DNA of 64,000 bases from Roseateles sp. (GCA_015657635.1 JACDQM010000034.1:9925-73924); one strand, 5' to 3'; shown: positions 26,536-37,615, counted from the first letter of the stretch. Notes: generated from the letters alone by a model not told the origin. A program made the numbers and translations.

Positions 26536-28545
26536 ATGGCCTCCGCCCCTTCGCTGCAGTCCCTTGTCGACGACGCTCTTGTCCTCCTGCCCACGCTGGC
26601 GCGCCGCATCGTCGACGAGACACTGGGGGAACTGAGGCGCCGGCCGCAATACCACCACCTGTTCGAGACCTGGCAGCGCCAGAGCGCGCGGCTGACGCAG
26701 GCCCTCGAATCCACCCTCAGCCCGATGCTGCAGGCGGCGGCCCAGGGTCGGGATCCGCTGCACCTGGGCGACAGCAAGGGAGCGCAGACACTGAGCCTGG
26801 TGGACGAGACCCAGGCCCTGCGTGATGTGGCGATCGCCCACGCGGCCAAGGCCATCGAGGACCAGAGCCGTGCCGAGCTGCATCAGCTGGGCAACTTCTT
26901 TGCCGCGCTGCGCGGCATCGCGCGGCCACGCAAGAACGAGAACCCGCTGCGCGCAGAACTGTTTGCCCACGGCTTCTATGACGTGCTGCAAGCCATGCCG
27001 CTCGACCCGCAGACGGCCTACTCGCTGGTGCAGGTCGCAGCCGCCCCGCTGGCCCAGAGCATGCAGCTGCTGTATGCCAATCTGTGTGAACAGCTGCGCC
27101 AGGCCGAACTGAGCCAGCTCGTTTCGAGCCACGCGGCCAGCCATGCCGAAGACCTGCAGCAATTGCGCCGCGCGAAATCGAGCGAGGACCTGGGTCTGTT
27201 CATGCACACCCAGCCGGCCACGCTGGACGGCTTGTCACGCCGGGTCGATGCGGTCAACTCGCGCCCCCAGGCCCTCAACAGCGAACCAGCGCCGCTGCTG
27301 GGGCCCGCCACGCTGGCACCCGGCAAGGATTTGCTGAGCCGGCTCTACGACCAGATCCTTGCGGACCCGCATCTGCCGGCCCCGGTGAAAGCCCGGCTGG
27401 CCAGACTGCAGGTGGCGGTGTCGCGCCTGGCCATGGTGGACCTCAGCCTGCTGCGCCGCCAGGACCATCCGGCCTGGCTGCTGCTGAACCGTGTGGCCGC
27501 CCATGGCATGGGTTTCGAGCGCGGTGATGACGGCCATCTGCAGGCCTTTCTGAGCTTCCTCGACGAGCAGATCGAACAACTGGTCAGCCAGGCCCAGCCC
27601 GGCGCCGCGCAGTTTCAGCAGGCGCAGTCGGCGGTGCGCGACTTCATCGCCCAGCAGGCCGCCCAGCGCAGCGCGCCCAACACACAGGCGCTGGCCGTGC
27701 TGGAGCGCGAACAGATGCGCAGTTCCTGGCGCGCGCTGATCAAGGAGCAGATCAGCGCACAGCTGGCTGAAGCCGCCGGCACGGCCGAGATCAGCAAGGT
27801 GCTGCATGCCTTCCTGCGCAGCGTCTGGGTCGACGTGATCGTCGACGCGATGGTTCAACAAGGACGCGAATCGTCCGCCGCCCAGACCCATATCGAGCTG
27901 GTCGATGCCCTGCTCACCAGCCTGCAGCCGCCTGCCGACAGCGCCGAGCGGGAACGGCTGCGCCGCATGCTGCCCGGCCTGGTGCAACAGCTGGAGCGCG
28001 GCATGGACGCGGTGGGGCTGGCGCAGGACAAGCGCCGGCTGCTGCTCGACGACCTGATGCAGGTGCACGGCCGGCTGCTGCTTGGCCCCGCGACGCCGCT
28101 GCAGGCTCCGGAGCGCATGGCCGCCGCGCCGCGCGAGCTCAGCCCCGAGGAGCAAACCCGGCGCCTGCTGGCCGAGAGAGAGTCGCTGCTGCCCAGCGGC
28201 TTTTTCCAGACCCGCATCGATCGCGCCGTGCTGCCGACCGTGCCGCTGCCGCTGCAGGCCGAGACACAGCGCGAAGCGATCGAAACCTGGATGGAACAGC
28301 TGCAGCTCGGCACCTGGTATCACATGTTCGTGCAGAGTGAATGGATCACCGCCCAGATCACCTGGATCAGCGAGACCAGCCAGATGTTCCACTTCGTCGG
28401 CCAGGACAGCGCGCAGCAGCACACGCTCACGCGGGGCGCCATCGAGCAGCTGCTGGCCAACGGCCTGATCGCCCACATCGACGAGCAGAGCCTGGTGCAG
28501 CGCGCCATCGAACAGCTGATGCACACCCTGGATGACGCGCGCTGA
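26536..28545 (+). CDS. DUF1631-family protein
   Basis: About 669 aa, helical; LSLVDE, ENPLR, RLQVAVSRLA..D, HPAW.LLNR and C-terminal QLGTW..WITAQITW pattern typical of DUF1631. Family assignment from memory. Confidence 0.7.
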   Translation: MASAPSLQSLVDDALVLLPTLARRIVDETLGELRRRPQYHHLFETWQRQSARLTQALESTLSPMLQAAAQGRDPLHLGDSKGAQTLSLVDETQALRDVAIAHAAKAIEDQSRAELHQLGNFFAALRGIARPRKNENPLRAELFAHGFYDVLQAMPLDPQTAYSLVQVAAAPLAQSMQLLYANLCEQLRQAELSQLVSSHAASHAEDLQQLRRAKSSEDLGLFMHTQPATLDGLSRRVDAVNSRPQALNSEPAPLLGPATLAPGKDLLSRLYDQILADPHLPAPVKARLARLQVAVSRLAMVDLSLLRRQDHPAWLLLNRVAAHGMGFERGDDGHLQAFLSFLDEQIEQLVSQAQPGAAQFQQAQSAVRDFIAQQAAQRSAPNTQALAVLEREQMRSSWRALIKEQISAQLAEAAGTAEISKVLHAFLRSVWVDVIVDAMVQQGRESSAAQTHIELVDALLTSLQPPADSAERERLRRMLPGLVQQLERGMDAVGLAQDKRRLLLDDLMQVHGRLLLGPATPLQAPERMAAAPRELSPEEQTRRLLAERESLLPSGFFQTRIDRAVLPTVPLPLQAETQREAIETWMEQLQLGTWYHMFVQSEWITAQITWISETSQMFHFVGQDSAQQHTLTRGAIEQLLANGLIAHIDEQSLVQRAIEQLMHTLDDAR

Positions 28546-30793
28546 TCGGCCCCGCCGCGCCGCATTGGCCCTGCTCTGGCTGGCGCTGCTGACGCCAGCA
28601 GCCCAGGCGCAGCAATCGGCCCCGCCCCCCGCTGAGACCCGGCCCAAGCTGGGCCTGGTGCTGTCAGGCGGCGGCGCACGCGGCCTGGCCCATATCGGCG
28701 TGCTCAAGGTGCTGGAGCGCGAGCGCATCCCCGTCGACATGATCACCGGCACCTCGATGGGCGCCATCATCGGCGGCCTGCACGCCAGCGGGCTGTCGGC
28801 CACGGAGCTGGAGCGGGAGCTGATTGCCGTCTCCTGGTCCGAGGTCTTCGCCACGCGCGTGGACCGGCAGCTGCTGTCGCAACGGCGCAAGGAAGAGGAT
28901 TTCGAGTTCTCGCCGGCCGTCGAGCTGGGCATGCGCAATGGCCAGATCCTGGCGCCGCAAGGCACCTTGTCCAGCCGCGGCCTGGAGCTGCTGCTGCGCC
29001 GATTCACCTTGCCGGTGGGCCAGATCGAGCGCTTCGACGCTCTGCCCACGCCGTTTCGCGCCGTGGCCACCGATATGGAAAGCGGCGGCCAGGTCGTCGT
29101 CGACCGCGGCGATCTCGCGCTCGCGATGCGCTCCAGCATGAGCGTGCCCGGCGTCTTCGCGCCCACCGAATGGCAGGGGCGCATCCTCGGCGATGGTGGC
29201 CTGGTCAACAACCTGCCGGTCGATGTCGCGCGCAGCCTGGGTGCCGAGGTGCTGGTGGCGGTCAACGTCGGCACGCCGCTGGCCGGGCGCGACAGCCTGT
29301 CCTCCCTGGTCGGACTGACGGCGCAGATGATCAACATCCTGACCGAACAGAATGTGCAGCGCAGCCTGGCCAGCCTGTGGGCCCAGGATGTGCTGATCAC
29401 ACCCGAGCTGGGCCAGCTCACATCCGGCGACTTTGATCGCAGCCGCGAGTTCATTGCCGCCGGCGAGCGCGCTGCCGAGGCCTTGCTGCAGCGACTGCGC
29501 CCCTTTGCGGTCCCCGCCGAGGACTACGCTCGCTGGCAGCTGACGCGCCGCCATCCCAACCCGCTGACGCCGCGCCTGGCCGCCGTTGTGCTGGAGGGCA
29601 GCGAGCAGACCCACCCCGAGCGTTTCAAGGCGCAGCTGGCATCCACACCCGGGCAAGCGTTCAGCTCGGAACGGGCCGAGCGCGATATGCGACTGCTGGC
29701 TTCGTCGGGCGACTATGTGCGCGTGGACTACCACGTCGAACAACGCCAGGCCGGCGACACGCTGGTATTCACGATGGAGGACAAGCCCTGGGGGCCCAAC
29801 TACTTCCGCATCGGGCTGGACCTGAGCACCGACTTCTCCGGGGACAGCGCCTTCAACCTGCGCATCAGCCACAACCGCCACTGGCTCACCCCCAGCGGCA
29901 CCGAATGGCGCAACCAGCTGACCATTGGCCAGACGCCGCGGCTGTACAGCGAGCTCTACCAGCCGCTGACCCTCAAGATCGGACAGTCGGCGGACTGGTT
30001 CCTGTCCGCCTGGGGTGAACTGGATCGGCGCCGCATCAACCTGTACGACCAGGCTGGCGCAGGCCGCAATATTGCGCGTCTGGGACGCACCGGCAGCACC
30101 CTCGGCCTCGACCTCGGCCAGCCCTGGGGCAATTTCGGCGAACTGCGGCTGGGCCTGGTGCATCAGGGCTGGCACGTCACGCCGGAGCTGCTGTCAGCCG
30201 AGCTGCCGCAGGGCATTGCCAGCCAGACCTGGCGCGAGAGCGGCCTGCGCCTCAAGGCGGTGATCGATCAGCTGGACTACGCCAACTTCCCGCAGCGTGG
30301 CTACCGGCTGGCGCTGGACGCGCTGGCGGGCCACCAGTCGGGCGCCGGCACGCACAGGGCCGAGATCAACCGCATCGAAATGCAGGCCACCGGCGTCAGG
30401 AGCTTGGGGGCGCACACGCTGAACCTCACTCTGCGCGCGCTGCACGCCAAGCAACCCGAGACCTCGGCGCAAGGGCCCTACACGCTGGGCGGCTTCCATC
30501 AACTCTCGGGCTATCAGCCCGGACAGCTCAACGGCAACACCTTGCTGTTCAGCCGCGCCACCTATTACATGCGCTTGCGCGAAACGCCGATGCTGATGCG
30601 CGGCCTCATGGTCGGCGGCTCGCTGGAAGCCGGCAACGCCTGGGATCGGAGAAAGTCCGCCTCGCTGGCCGACCTGCGCTGGGCAGGCAGCGTCTTCGTC
30701 GGCGCGGACACCGGCATCGGGCCCATGTACCTGGGCGTCGGCCACGCCCCCCAAGGGCGGCACCGAGCTCTACCTCTTCATCGCCGGCCGTAA
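28532..30793 (+). CDS. Patatin-like phospholipase with POTRA and beta-barrel (PlpD/type Vd-like); C-terminus distorted by two compensating indels
   Basis: Signal peptide; GGGARG, GTSMG and DGG patatin motifs; C-terminal amphipathic beta-strands. The expected end HAPKGGTELYLFIGRP is recovered by removing one C in 30747-30752 and adding one G near 30783. Confidence 0.88.
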   Translation: MTRADRPRRAALALLWLALLTPAAQAQQSAPPPAETRPKLGLVLSGGGARGLAHIGVLKVLERERIPVDMITGTSMGAIIGGLHASGLSATELERELIAVSWSEVFATRVDRQLLSQRRKEEDFEFSPAVELGMRNGQILAPQGTLSSRGLELLLRRFTLPVGQIERFDALPTPFRAVATDMESGGQVVVDRGDLALAMRSSMSVPGVFAPTEWQGRILGDGGLVNNLPVDVARSLGAEVLVAVNVGTPLAGRDSLSSLVGLTAQMINILTEQNVQRSLASLWAQDVLITPELGQLTSGDFDRSREFIAAGERAAEALLQRLRPFAVPAEDYARWQLTRRHPNPLTPRLAAVVLEGSEQTHPERFKAQLASTPGQAFSSERAERDMRLLASSGDYVRVDYHVEQRQAGDTLVFTMEDKPWGPNYFRIGLDLSTDFSGDSAFNLRISHNRHWLTPSGTEWRNQLTIGQTPRLYSELYQPLTLKIGQSADWFLSAWGELDRRRINLYDQAGAGRNIARLGRTGSTLGLDLGQPWGNFGELRLGLVHQGWHVTPELLSAELPQGIASQTWRESGLRLKAVIDQLDYANFPQRGYRLALDALAGHQSGAGTHRAEINRIEMQATGVRSLGAHTLNLTLRALHAKQPETSAQGPYTLGGFHQLSGYQPGQLNGNTLLFSRATYYMRLRETPMLMRGLMVGGSLEAGNAWDRRKSASLADLRWAGSVFVGADTGIGPMYLGVGHAPQGRHRALPLHRRP

Positions 30794-31670
30794 GGAGTCC
30801 TTCGATCAGACTGGCCACCCGCGCCGGCTGCTGATGCACGATCCAGTGCCCGGCGTCGGGCACGCGCGCCAGTTGCAACTGCGGCACGAAACGCTCCAGG
30901 CCGTCCAGCAGTACCGGCAGCAGCGCATGATCCTGTTCGCCCCAGATCACCAGCGTGGGCAACTTCACGGTGACAAACTCCGGCGCGAAGCTCAGCGCAG
31001 CAGCCGCCGGATCGGCAGCGGTGGCCGGGCGCATCGGCGAGGCCCGGTAGTAGTTCAGCGGGCCTGTCAGGCCATGCGCCCACTGCGCACGGTAGCGCTG
31101 GCGCAGCGCCTCATCCAGCCAGGGCGCCTGGCCGTCCGGCCCGTTGAAGAAGGGCCACAGGCGCGCATAGTCGTTCTCGGCCAGCAGCGCTTCGGCGTCA
31201 GCCCTGCAGAAGAAATTCATGTACTCGCTGGCCGCCTGCTGCGCCGCGTCATGCTGCAAGGCGTGCAGGAACGTGCCGGGATGCGGCGAGTTGATGATGA
31301 CCAGGCGCCGCATCAGCTCGGGGCGCTGCACCGCCAGATTCCAGGCCACCGCGCCGCCCCAGTCGTGCGCGATCAGCGCCTCCAGCGGCCCGTCGCCGGT
31401 CTGCTCGATCAGTGCCACCAGATCGGCCACCAGATGCTTGGCGCGGTAGGCCGAAACTTCGGCTGGCGCGCTGCTGTCGCCGTAGCCGCGCAGGTCCGGC
31501 GCAATGCAGCGCCAGCGCCGGCCCAGGCGCTGCAGCATGTCGTCCCAGATGAAGGCGCCTTCAGGAAAGCCATGCAGTAGCAGCAGGCGCGGCGCATCGG
31601 CCGGGCCGCTGGCGCGGCAGGACAGGCTGATGCCATGCGGCAGCGCCAGCTTGAATGTCTCGATCATCAT
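30778..31670 (-). CDS. Alpha/beta fold hydrolase (epoxide hydrolase-like); stop hidden by the indel near 30783
   Basis: LLHGFPE, PDLRGYG, AHDWGG, NYYRA, WGEQD and GHW motifs. Restoring the missing base gives ...GLLTAGR-TGA ending at 30778. Confidence 0.88.
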
Positions 31671-31728
31671 CAGCCCTCCATCCAGCATGCGGGGGCCGAG
31701 TATGGCGGCGCGGGACTGCGCCGCCCTG

Positions 31729-32493
31729 TCACGCCGGCGACGGCTCGGGGGGCGGAATTTCCCCCATCTGCGGCGCGGGCGGTGCGCTGTGCACCCAGTC
31801 GTGCAGGATGTGGGCCACATCGGCCACGCCCTGCTTCTTCAGGGCCGAGAACAGCGTGACCGAAATATCAGCCTCTTCGGTCGCCAGCTCGCCCAGGAAT
31901 TCCTGGCAGGTTGCCAGCGCGGCGTTGGCTTCCTTGCGATTCAGCTTGTCGGCCTTGGTCAGCAGCACCAGCAGGCGCACCGAACCATTGGCGACACGGG
32001 CAGCGACGAAGTCGAGCAACTGCTTGTCCAGATCGGTCAGGCCCAGGCGCGAATCGACCATCAGCACCACACCCGAAAGGCTGCGGCGCAGTTCCAGATA
32101 GTCGGCCATCACCTTCTGCCAGCGCAGCTTGGCCGAGCGGGCCACCGCCGCATAGCCGTAACCCGGCAGGTCGGCGAACAAGGCGTCGGCCGCATCCTTC
32201 GGACCCAGCTCGAACAGGTTGATGTGCTGGGTGCGGCCCGGGGTCTTGGATGCGAAGGCCAGACGCTTCTGCTGGGCCAGCGTGTTGATGGCGGTGGACT
32301 TGCCGGCATTGGATCGGCCGACAAAGGCGATCTCGGGCAATTCGGTCACCGGCAGGTGCACCAACTGGCTGGCGGTGGTCAGGAATCGCGCAGTGTGGGT
32401 CCATGCCAACACCGTCTTGTCCGAGGGTGCCTCCATGGGTGCGGGCGTCTCGGACGCCTGGACTGGCGACGTATTCGGAGTGGTGTTGGTCAT
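31729..32493 (-). CDS. yihA: Ribosome biogenesis GTP-binding protein YihA/YsxC
   Basis: GRSNAGKS, KTPGRT, DLPGYG and TKADK motifs; divergent from cytochrome c4 as in other Proteobacteria. Start uncertain (32493 or 32436). Confidence 0.93.
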   Translation of the reverse strand: MTNTTPNTSPVQASETPAPMEAPSDKTVLAWTHTARFLTTASQLVHLPVTELPEIAFVGRSNAGKSTAINTLAQQKRLAFASKTPGRTQHINLFELGPKDAADALFADLPGYGYAAVARSAKLRWQKVMADYLELRRSLSGVVLMVDSRLGLTDLDKQLLDFVAARVANGSVRLLVLLTKADKLNRKEANAALATCQEFLGELATEEADISVTLFSALKKQGVADVAHILHDWVHSAPPAPQMGEIPPPEPSPA

Positions 32494-32562
32494 GAAGCTA
32501 CCGGGCTGGAGGAATTGCCATTGTAAAATCTCCGAGTTGCGCTTACCGAACCCAAAAAACTC

Positions 32563-33180
32563 ATGAAGACTGCCGCTTTCCTGTTGTCGGGCCTTTTGTT
32601 CGCTGCCACAGCCGGCGCCGCTGGAACCCAGGCCCCGGCCAAGGCCGATCTGGTCAAAGGCCAGGCAATTGCCACGCAAGTCTGTGTGGCCTGCCACACC
32701 GCCGACGGTTCGCGCGGCAGCCCCGCCAATCCGATCCTGGCCGGCCAGCACGTTGATTACCTGGTCAAGCAGCTGGTCGAGTTCAAGGAGGGCAAGCGCA
32801 AGAACGCCGTGATGAGCGGCATGGTGGCTGCGCTGACGCCGGAAGACATGAAGAACGTCGCCGCCTTCTACGCCTCCAAGACGGCCAAGCCCGGCTTTGC
32901 CAAGGACAAGACCCTGGTTGCACTGGGCGAGAAGATCTACCGCGGCGGCATCTCCGACCGCGCCATCCCCGCCTGCGCGTCCTGCCACAGCCCGAATGGC
33001 GCCGGCCTGCCGGCCCAGTATCCCCGCCTGGCCGGCCAGCACAGCGACTACACCGAGCTGCAGCTGAACACCTTCCGCAGCGGCGCACGTGCCAACAACG
33101 CGCCGATGGTGGCCATCGCCGCCAAGATGAACGATCGCGAGATCAAGGCCGTTTCCGACTACATCGCCGGCCTGCGCTGA
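32563..33180 (+). CDS. Di-haem cytochrome c4
   Basis: Signal peptide; two CxxCH motifs (CVACH, CASCH); PILAGQH and PRLAGQH; distal Met residues. Confidence 0.93.
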   Translation: MKTAAFLLSGLLFAATAGAAGTQAPAKADLVKGQAIATQVCVACHTADGSRGSPANPILAGQHVDYLVKQLVEFKEGKRKNAVMSGMVAALTPEDMKNVAAFYASKTAKPGFAKDKTLVALGEKIYRGGISDRAIPACASCHSPNGAGLPAQYPRLAGQHSDYTELQLNTFRSGARANNAPMVAIAAKMNDREIKAVSDYIAGLR

Positions 33181-33239
33181 TCAGGCGTGGCCGGGCCATG
33201 ACCCGGCCCCCGCCGCGCTGACTCTGAAGACAAGCTGAA

Positions 33240-33270
33240 TGGCCGGTGCTCTGCTCCGGCCATTTTTTTT
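33240..33270 (+). terminator. Probable intrinsic terminator after cytochrome c4
   Basis: TGGCCGG-9 nt-CCGGCCA followed by T8. Confidence 0.7.
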
Positions 33271-33312
33271 ACGCCGCACCCCGCTGCCGGCCCGAAGCCA
33301 CAATCCGCCACC

Positions 33313-35454
33313 ATGTCCGAGTCCGTCCTGACGCCAGAAACGCCGTCGCCGTCGCCCACCAGCCCGGCGCCGGATTCGCCGCGCCGCACCAGTGCCTGGC
33401 GCGAGCTCTACGAGCTGTTTTCGTCGATGCGCTTCGCGATTGCGCTGTTGACTGTGATCTGCATCGCCTCGGTGATCGGCACCGTGGTCAAGCAGCGCGA
33501 ACCGCTGAACAACTACGTCAACCAGTTCGGCCCCTTCTGGTCCGAGGCGCTGGCCAAGCTGGACATCTACACCGTCTACAGCGCGTGGTGGTTCCTGCTG
33601 ATCCTGGCCTTCCTGGTGCTGTCCACCAGCCTCTGCATCGCCCGCAACACGCCCAAGATCATTGCGGACCTGAAGAGCTACAAGGAGCATGTGCGCGAGA
33701 GCTCGCTGCAGGCCTTCCCTCACAAGGCGCTGGGGCATCTGCCCATGCCGCCGGAGCAGGCGATGAGCCAGATCTCCGCGCTGCTGGACCATGAAGGCTG
33801 GAAGGCGCGCGCGCAGGCCCGCGAGCGCGGCACCATGATCGCGGCGCGCAAGGGCGCGGCCAACAAGATCGGCTATCTGGCAGCGCACTCAGCCATCGTG
33901 CTGATCTGCCTGGGCGGCCTGTTCGACGGCGATCTGATCGTGCGCGCGCTGATGTGGGCGCAGGACAAGACCATTTACCAGGGCGGCGGCCTGGTCAGCG
34001 AAGTGAAGCCCGAACATCGCCTCGGCCCGGGCAATCCCAGCTTCCGTGGCAACCTGATGGTGCCCGAAGGTGGCCGTGCCGCCACCGCCATCCTGTCGAT
34101 GCCCGATGGCGTGGTGCTGCAGGATCTGCCCTTCGATGTCGAGCTGAAGAAGTTCATCGTCGAGTACTACGACACCGGCATGCCCAAGCTGTTCGCCAGC
34201 GAAATCTCGATCCGCGACCATGAGACCGGCGAGGTAAGCCAGGCCCTGGTCAAGGTCAACGAGCCGGCCTTCCATCGTGGCGTGGCGATCTATCAGAGCA
34301 GCTTTGACGATGGCGGTTCGCAGCTCAAGCTGCGTGCGCAGCCGCTCAAGAGCCACGCGCCGGCCTTCGACATCGAAGGCATCGTCGGCGGCTCGACCTC
34401 GCTCAGCAACGGTGACGAGAAGCTGACGCTGGAATTCAGCGGCCTGCGCATCATCAACGTCGAGAACATGAGCAAGACCGAGGCCGGCACCGACGTGCGC
34501 AAGGTGGATCTGGTCGCCTCGCTCGACAAGCACCTGGGCAGCGGCGCCAAGGCCCCCGGCGACAAGAAGCTGCAGAACGTCGGCCCCTCGGTGAGCTACA
34601 AGCTGCGCGATGCCAGCGGACAGGCGCGTGAGTACAACAACTACATGGTGCCGGTGGAACTGGACGGTCAGCGCGTCTTCCTGGCCGGCGTGCGCGACAC
34701 CCCGGCCGAGTCCTACCGCTACCTGCGCATCCCCGTGGACGATCAGGGTGAGATGCAAGGCTGGCTGCATCTGCGCCAGGCCTTGTCCGATGCCGGCATG
34801 CGGGAGCGCGCGGCCGAACGCTATGCCGCCATGGCGGCCCCGGAAGACAAGCCGGAGATGCGCCCCCAGCTCAAGGCCACGGCCCTGCGCGCGCTGGGAC
34901 TGTTCGCTGGCGCCGAAGGCGTCAAGCCGGGCTCGGCTGGCGAGCTTGGCGGACTGCCGGCGCTGTCGCAGTTCATCGAAAGCGAAGTGCCCGAGGCCGA
35001 GCGCGCCCGCGTCTCCGAGGTGCTGCTGCGCATCCTCAACGGGGGCTTGTTCGAGCTTTACAAGATCTCCCGCCAGCAAGCCGGCCAGCCCATGCCCGAG
35101 CCGAGCGCGGCCATGCAGACCTTCATGACGCAAGCCGTGCTGGCCTTGTCGGACAGCATGTTCTACCCCGCGCCAGTGCTGCTGCAGCTGGCAGATTTCA
35201 AGCAGATCCAGGCCAGCGTGTTCCAGGTCGCGCGTGCGCCGGGGCAGAAGCTGGTCTATCTGGGCGCGGTGCTGCTGATCATCGGCGTGTTCGCGATGCT
35301 GTACATCAAGGAGCGCCGCTTGTGGATCTGGCTGGAGCCGGTCCAGAATGGCACGCGCTTGCGCATGGCCCTGTCCAGCACCCGCAACTCGCTGGACACC
35401 GATAGCGAATTCGAGCGCCTGAAGAAGGCGGTACTGAAGGACGACGAGACATGA
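33313..35454 (+). CDS. resB: Cytochrome c biogenesis system II protein ResB/CcsB-type
   Basis: SSMRFAIALL..IASVIGT, YSAWWF, AHSAIV, VNEP and YQSSF motifs; C-terminal PG..LVYLG TM segment. Confidence 0.9.
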   Translation: MSESVLTPETPSPSPTSPAPDSPRRTSAWRELYELFSSMRFAIALLTVICIASVIGTVVKQREPLNNYVNQFGPFWSEALAKLDIYTVYSAWWFLLILAFLVLSTSLCIARNTPKIIADLKSYKEHVRESSLQAFPHKALGHLPMPPEQAMSQISALLDHEGWKARAQARERGTMIAARKGAANKIGYLAAHSAIVLICLGGLFDGDLIVRALMWAQDKTIYQGGGLVSEVKPEHRLGPGNPSFRGNLMVPEGGRAATAILSMPDGVVLQDLPFDVELKKFIVEYYDTGMPKLFASEISIRDHETGEVSQALVKVNEPAFHRGVAIYQSSFDDGGSQLKLRAQPLKSHAPAFDIEGIVGGSTSLSNGDEKLTLEFSGLRIINVENMSKTEAGTDVRKVDLVASLDKHLGSGAKAPGDKKLQNVGPSVSYKLRDASGQAREYNNYMVPVELDGQRVFLAGVRDTPAESYRYLRIPVDDQGEMQGWLHLRQALSDAGMRERAAERYAAMAAPEDKPEMRPQLKATALRALGLFAGAEGVKPGSAGELGGLPALSQFIESEVPEAERARVSEVLLRILNGGLFELYKISRQQAGQPMPEPSAAMQTFMTQAVLALSDSMFYPAPVLLQLADFKQIQASVFQVARAPGQKLVYLGAVLLIIGVFAMLYIKERRLWIWLEPVQNGTRLRMALSSTRNSLDTDSEFERLKKAVLKDDET

Positions 35455-36824
35455 ACGCTGCCACCAACACTGTGACGCCGAGCATCAGCCTGGGCCGACG
35501 CGGCCTCCTGGCCACGCGCACGGCCGGCGATTGGCTGTTCGCCCTGCTGCTCGTGCTGGGCGCCGGCTATGCCTTCTCGCGCTACAGCGCCTCGATGGAC
35601 GTCTACGAGAAGGGCATCCTGGTCTGTTCCGTGCCCTCGCTGATCGCGCTGGGCTGGTTCTGGCGGCCGCTGCGCCTGCTGTCGGTGCTGGTCGGCGCCG
35701 CCAGCCTGCTGGCAATCCAGCTCTATCTGCGCCAGACCGATGGCTTCGGCGCCGACCTGGCCGCCGCTGACAATGTTTTCCTGCTGAAGTACGCCCTGTC
35801 CAGCCAGAGTGCCATCCTGTGGATGAGCCTGCTCTTCTTCATGAGCACGCTGTTCTACTGGGGCGGTTTCTTCAGCAAGCGCGAAGCCGGCAACGACAGC
35901 GTGGCCGAGCACATCGGCACGCGGCTGGCCTGGGGCGCGGTCTTCATGGCCCTGGTCGGCACCATGGTGCGCTGGTACGAAAGCCACCAGATCGCGCCTG
36001 ATATCGGCCATATCCCGGTCAGCAACCTCTACGAGGTGTTCGTGATGTTCGCGTGGATGACCACGCTGATGTACCTCTATTACGAACAGCGCTTCAAGAC
36101 CCGCGCGCTGGGTGCCTGGGTGATGCTGGTGGTCAGCGCCTCGGTGGCCTTCCTGCTCTGGTACACGGTGGCGCGCGGCGCCCACGAGATCCAGCCGCTG
36201 GTGCCGGCGCTGCAGAGCTGGTGGATGAAAATCCACGTGCCTGCCAACTTCGTCGGCTACGGCACCTTTGCGATGGCCGCGATGGTGGCCCTGGCCTATC
36301 TGCTGAAGACCGCCACGCCGCGTGCGCTGGTGATCGGCCTGATCGGCGTGCCAGGTGCGCTGGTGGCCATCCTGCTGGCCTTCCGTTTCGGCATGACGAC
36401 GACGCCCGAGATTGCCTCCGGCCTGGAAGGCTGGGCGCGCAAGATGGGCGGCGTTTTCGTCTTCCTGAGCGCCTGCGTGGCGCTGCGCGGCAAGCTGACG
36501 GCACGCCTGCCCTCGCTGGCCGTGCTGGATGACCTGATGTACAAGGCCATCGCGCTGGGCTTCGCCTTCTTCACGATCGCCACCATCCTGGGCGCCTTCT
36601 GGGCCGCCGAGGCCTGGGGCGGCTATTGGAGCTGGGACCCCAAGGAGACCTGGGCCCTCATCGTCTGGCTCAATTACGCCGCCTGGCTGCACATGCGCCT
36701 GATGAAGGGCTTGCGCGGCGTGGTAGCGGCCTGGTGGGCGCTGGTCGGCCTGCTGGTCACCACCTTCGCCTTCCTGGGCGTGAACATGTTCCTGTCGGGC
36801 CTGCACTCCTACGGCACGCTGTAA
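35451..36824 (+). CDS. resC: Cytochrome c biogenesis system II haem-attachment protein (ResC/CcsA-type; CcsB in some nomenclatures)
   Basis: HIPVSNLYE, LQSWWMKIHV, WGGYWSWDPKETW (WWD domain) and GLHSYG motifs. Confidence 0.93.
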   Translation: MNAATNTVTPSISLGRRGLLATRTAGDWLFALLLVLGAGYAFSRYSASMDVYEKGILVCSVPSLIALGWFWRPLRLLSVLVGAASLLAIQLYLRQTDGFGADLAAADNVFLLKYALSSQSAILWMSLLFFMSTLFYWGGFFSKREAGNDSVAEHIGTRLAWGAVFMALVGTMVRWYESHQIAPDIGHIPVSNLYEVFVMFAWMTTLMYLYYEQRFKTRALGAWVMLVVSASVAFLLWYTVARGAHEIQPLVPALQSWWMKIHVPANFVGYGTFAMAAMVALAYLLKTATPRALVIGLIGVPGALVAILLAFRFGMTTTPEIASGLEGWARKMGGVFVFLSACVALRGKLTARLPSLAVLDDLMYKAIALGFAFFTIATILGAFWAAEAWGGYWSWDPKETWALIVWLNYAAWLHMRLMKGLRGVVAAWWALVGLLVTTFAFLGVNMFLSGLHSYGTL

Positions 36825-36835
36825 GCACAAAGCCC

Positions 36836-37615
36836 GTGCGCCGAGCACTTGCCTTCTTGCTGTGGCTGATGGCCGGCGTCCTGCCCACGCAGGCCGGCAC
36901 GCTGCGCATCGCCACCGGCGAGTTGCCGCCCTATGCCACGGCATCGCGTCCGGACCAGGGCGTGGCCCTGCAGATCGTGCGCCGCGCCTTCGAACTGGCG
37001 GGGCATGAGGTCAGCTACCACTTCCTGCCCTGGTCGCGCGCGCAGCAGGAAACGCTGGCCGGGCGCTGGGATGCCACCGCCTATTGGGGCGCCTCGGAAC
37101 AGCGCCGGCGCGACTTCCTGCTCAGCGACAACGTGCTCACCGAGCAATGGGTGATCGTGCACCGGCGCGACATCGCGCTGGACTGGCGCAACCTCGCCGA
37201 CCTGAAGCCTTGGCGCATCGGCGTGATCCGCGACTACACCTACACGCCGGAGTTCTGGGCCCTGGCGAAGAATGGCACCCTGCAGACCGACAACACGCCC
37301 GACGATCTGCTGGGCCTGCGCAAGCTGCTGGCGGGTCGCATCGATCTGATCCCGATGGAGCGCAATGTGGCTTGCGACCTGCTGTCGCGCCACTTCAGCA
37401 ATGCTGAAGCCGCGCGCCTGTCCGCCCATCCGCGCTTGCTGACGGACAGTTTCACGACCCACCTGATGCTGCCGCCGCAACTGCCGGCCAGCCGGCCCTT
37501 GCTGGAGGCCTTCAATCGCGGTCTGGCCAGCCTCAAGGCCTCGGGCGAGCACGCGCGCATCCTGGCCTCAGTGCGCTGCCCGCGTGACTGGAACAGCAAC
37601 GCCAAGAACCCCTGA
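36836..37615 (+). CDS. Periplasmic solute-binding protein (family 3-like)
   Basis: Signal peptide; [32 protein letters not shown] and FNRGL motifs. Start (GTG 36836) approximate. Confidence 0.75.
   Translation: MRRALAFLLWLMAGVLPTQAGTLRIATGELPPYATASRPDQGVALQIVRRAFELAGHEVSYHFLPWSRAQQETLAGRWDATAYWGASEQRRRDFLLSDNVLTEQWVIVHRRDIALDWRNLADLKPWRIGVIRDYTYTPEFWALAKNGTLQTDNTPDDLLGLRKLLAGRIDLIPMERNVACDLLSRHFSNAEAARLSAHPRLLTDSFTTHLMLPPQLPASRPLLEAFNRGLASLKASGEHARILASVRCPRDWNSNAKNP

Noticed and set aside
31729..33042. 437-aa version of YihA
   Set aside because: The extension is antisense to cytochrome c4. The GTPase domain begins near 32493-32436.
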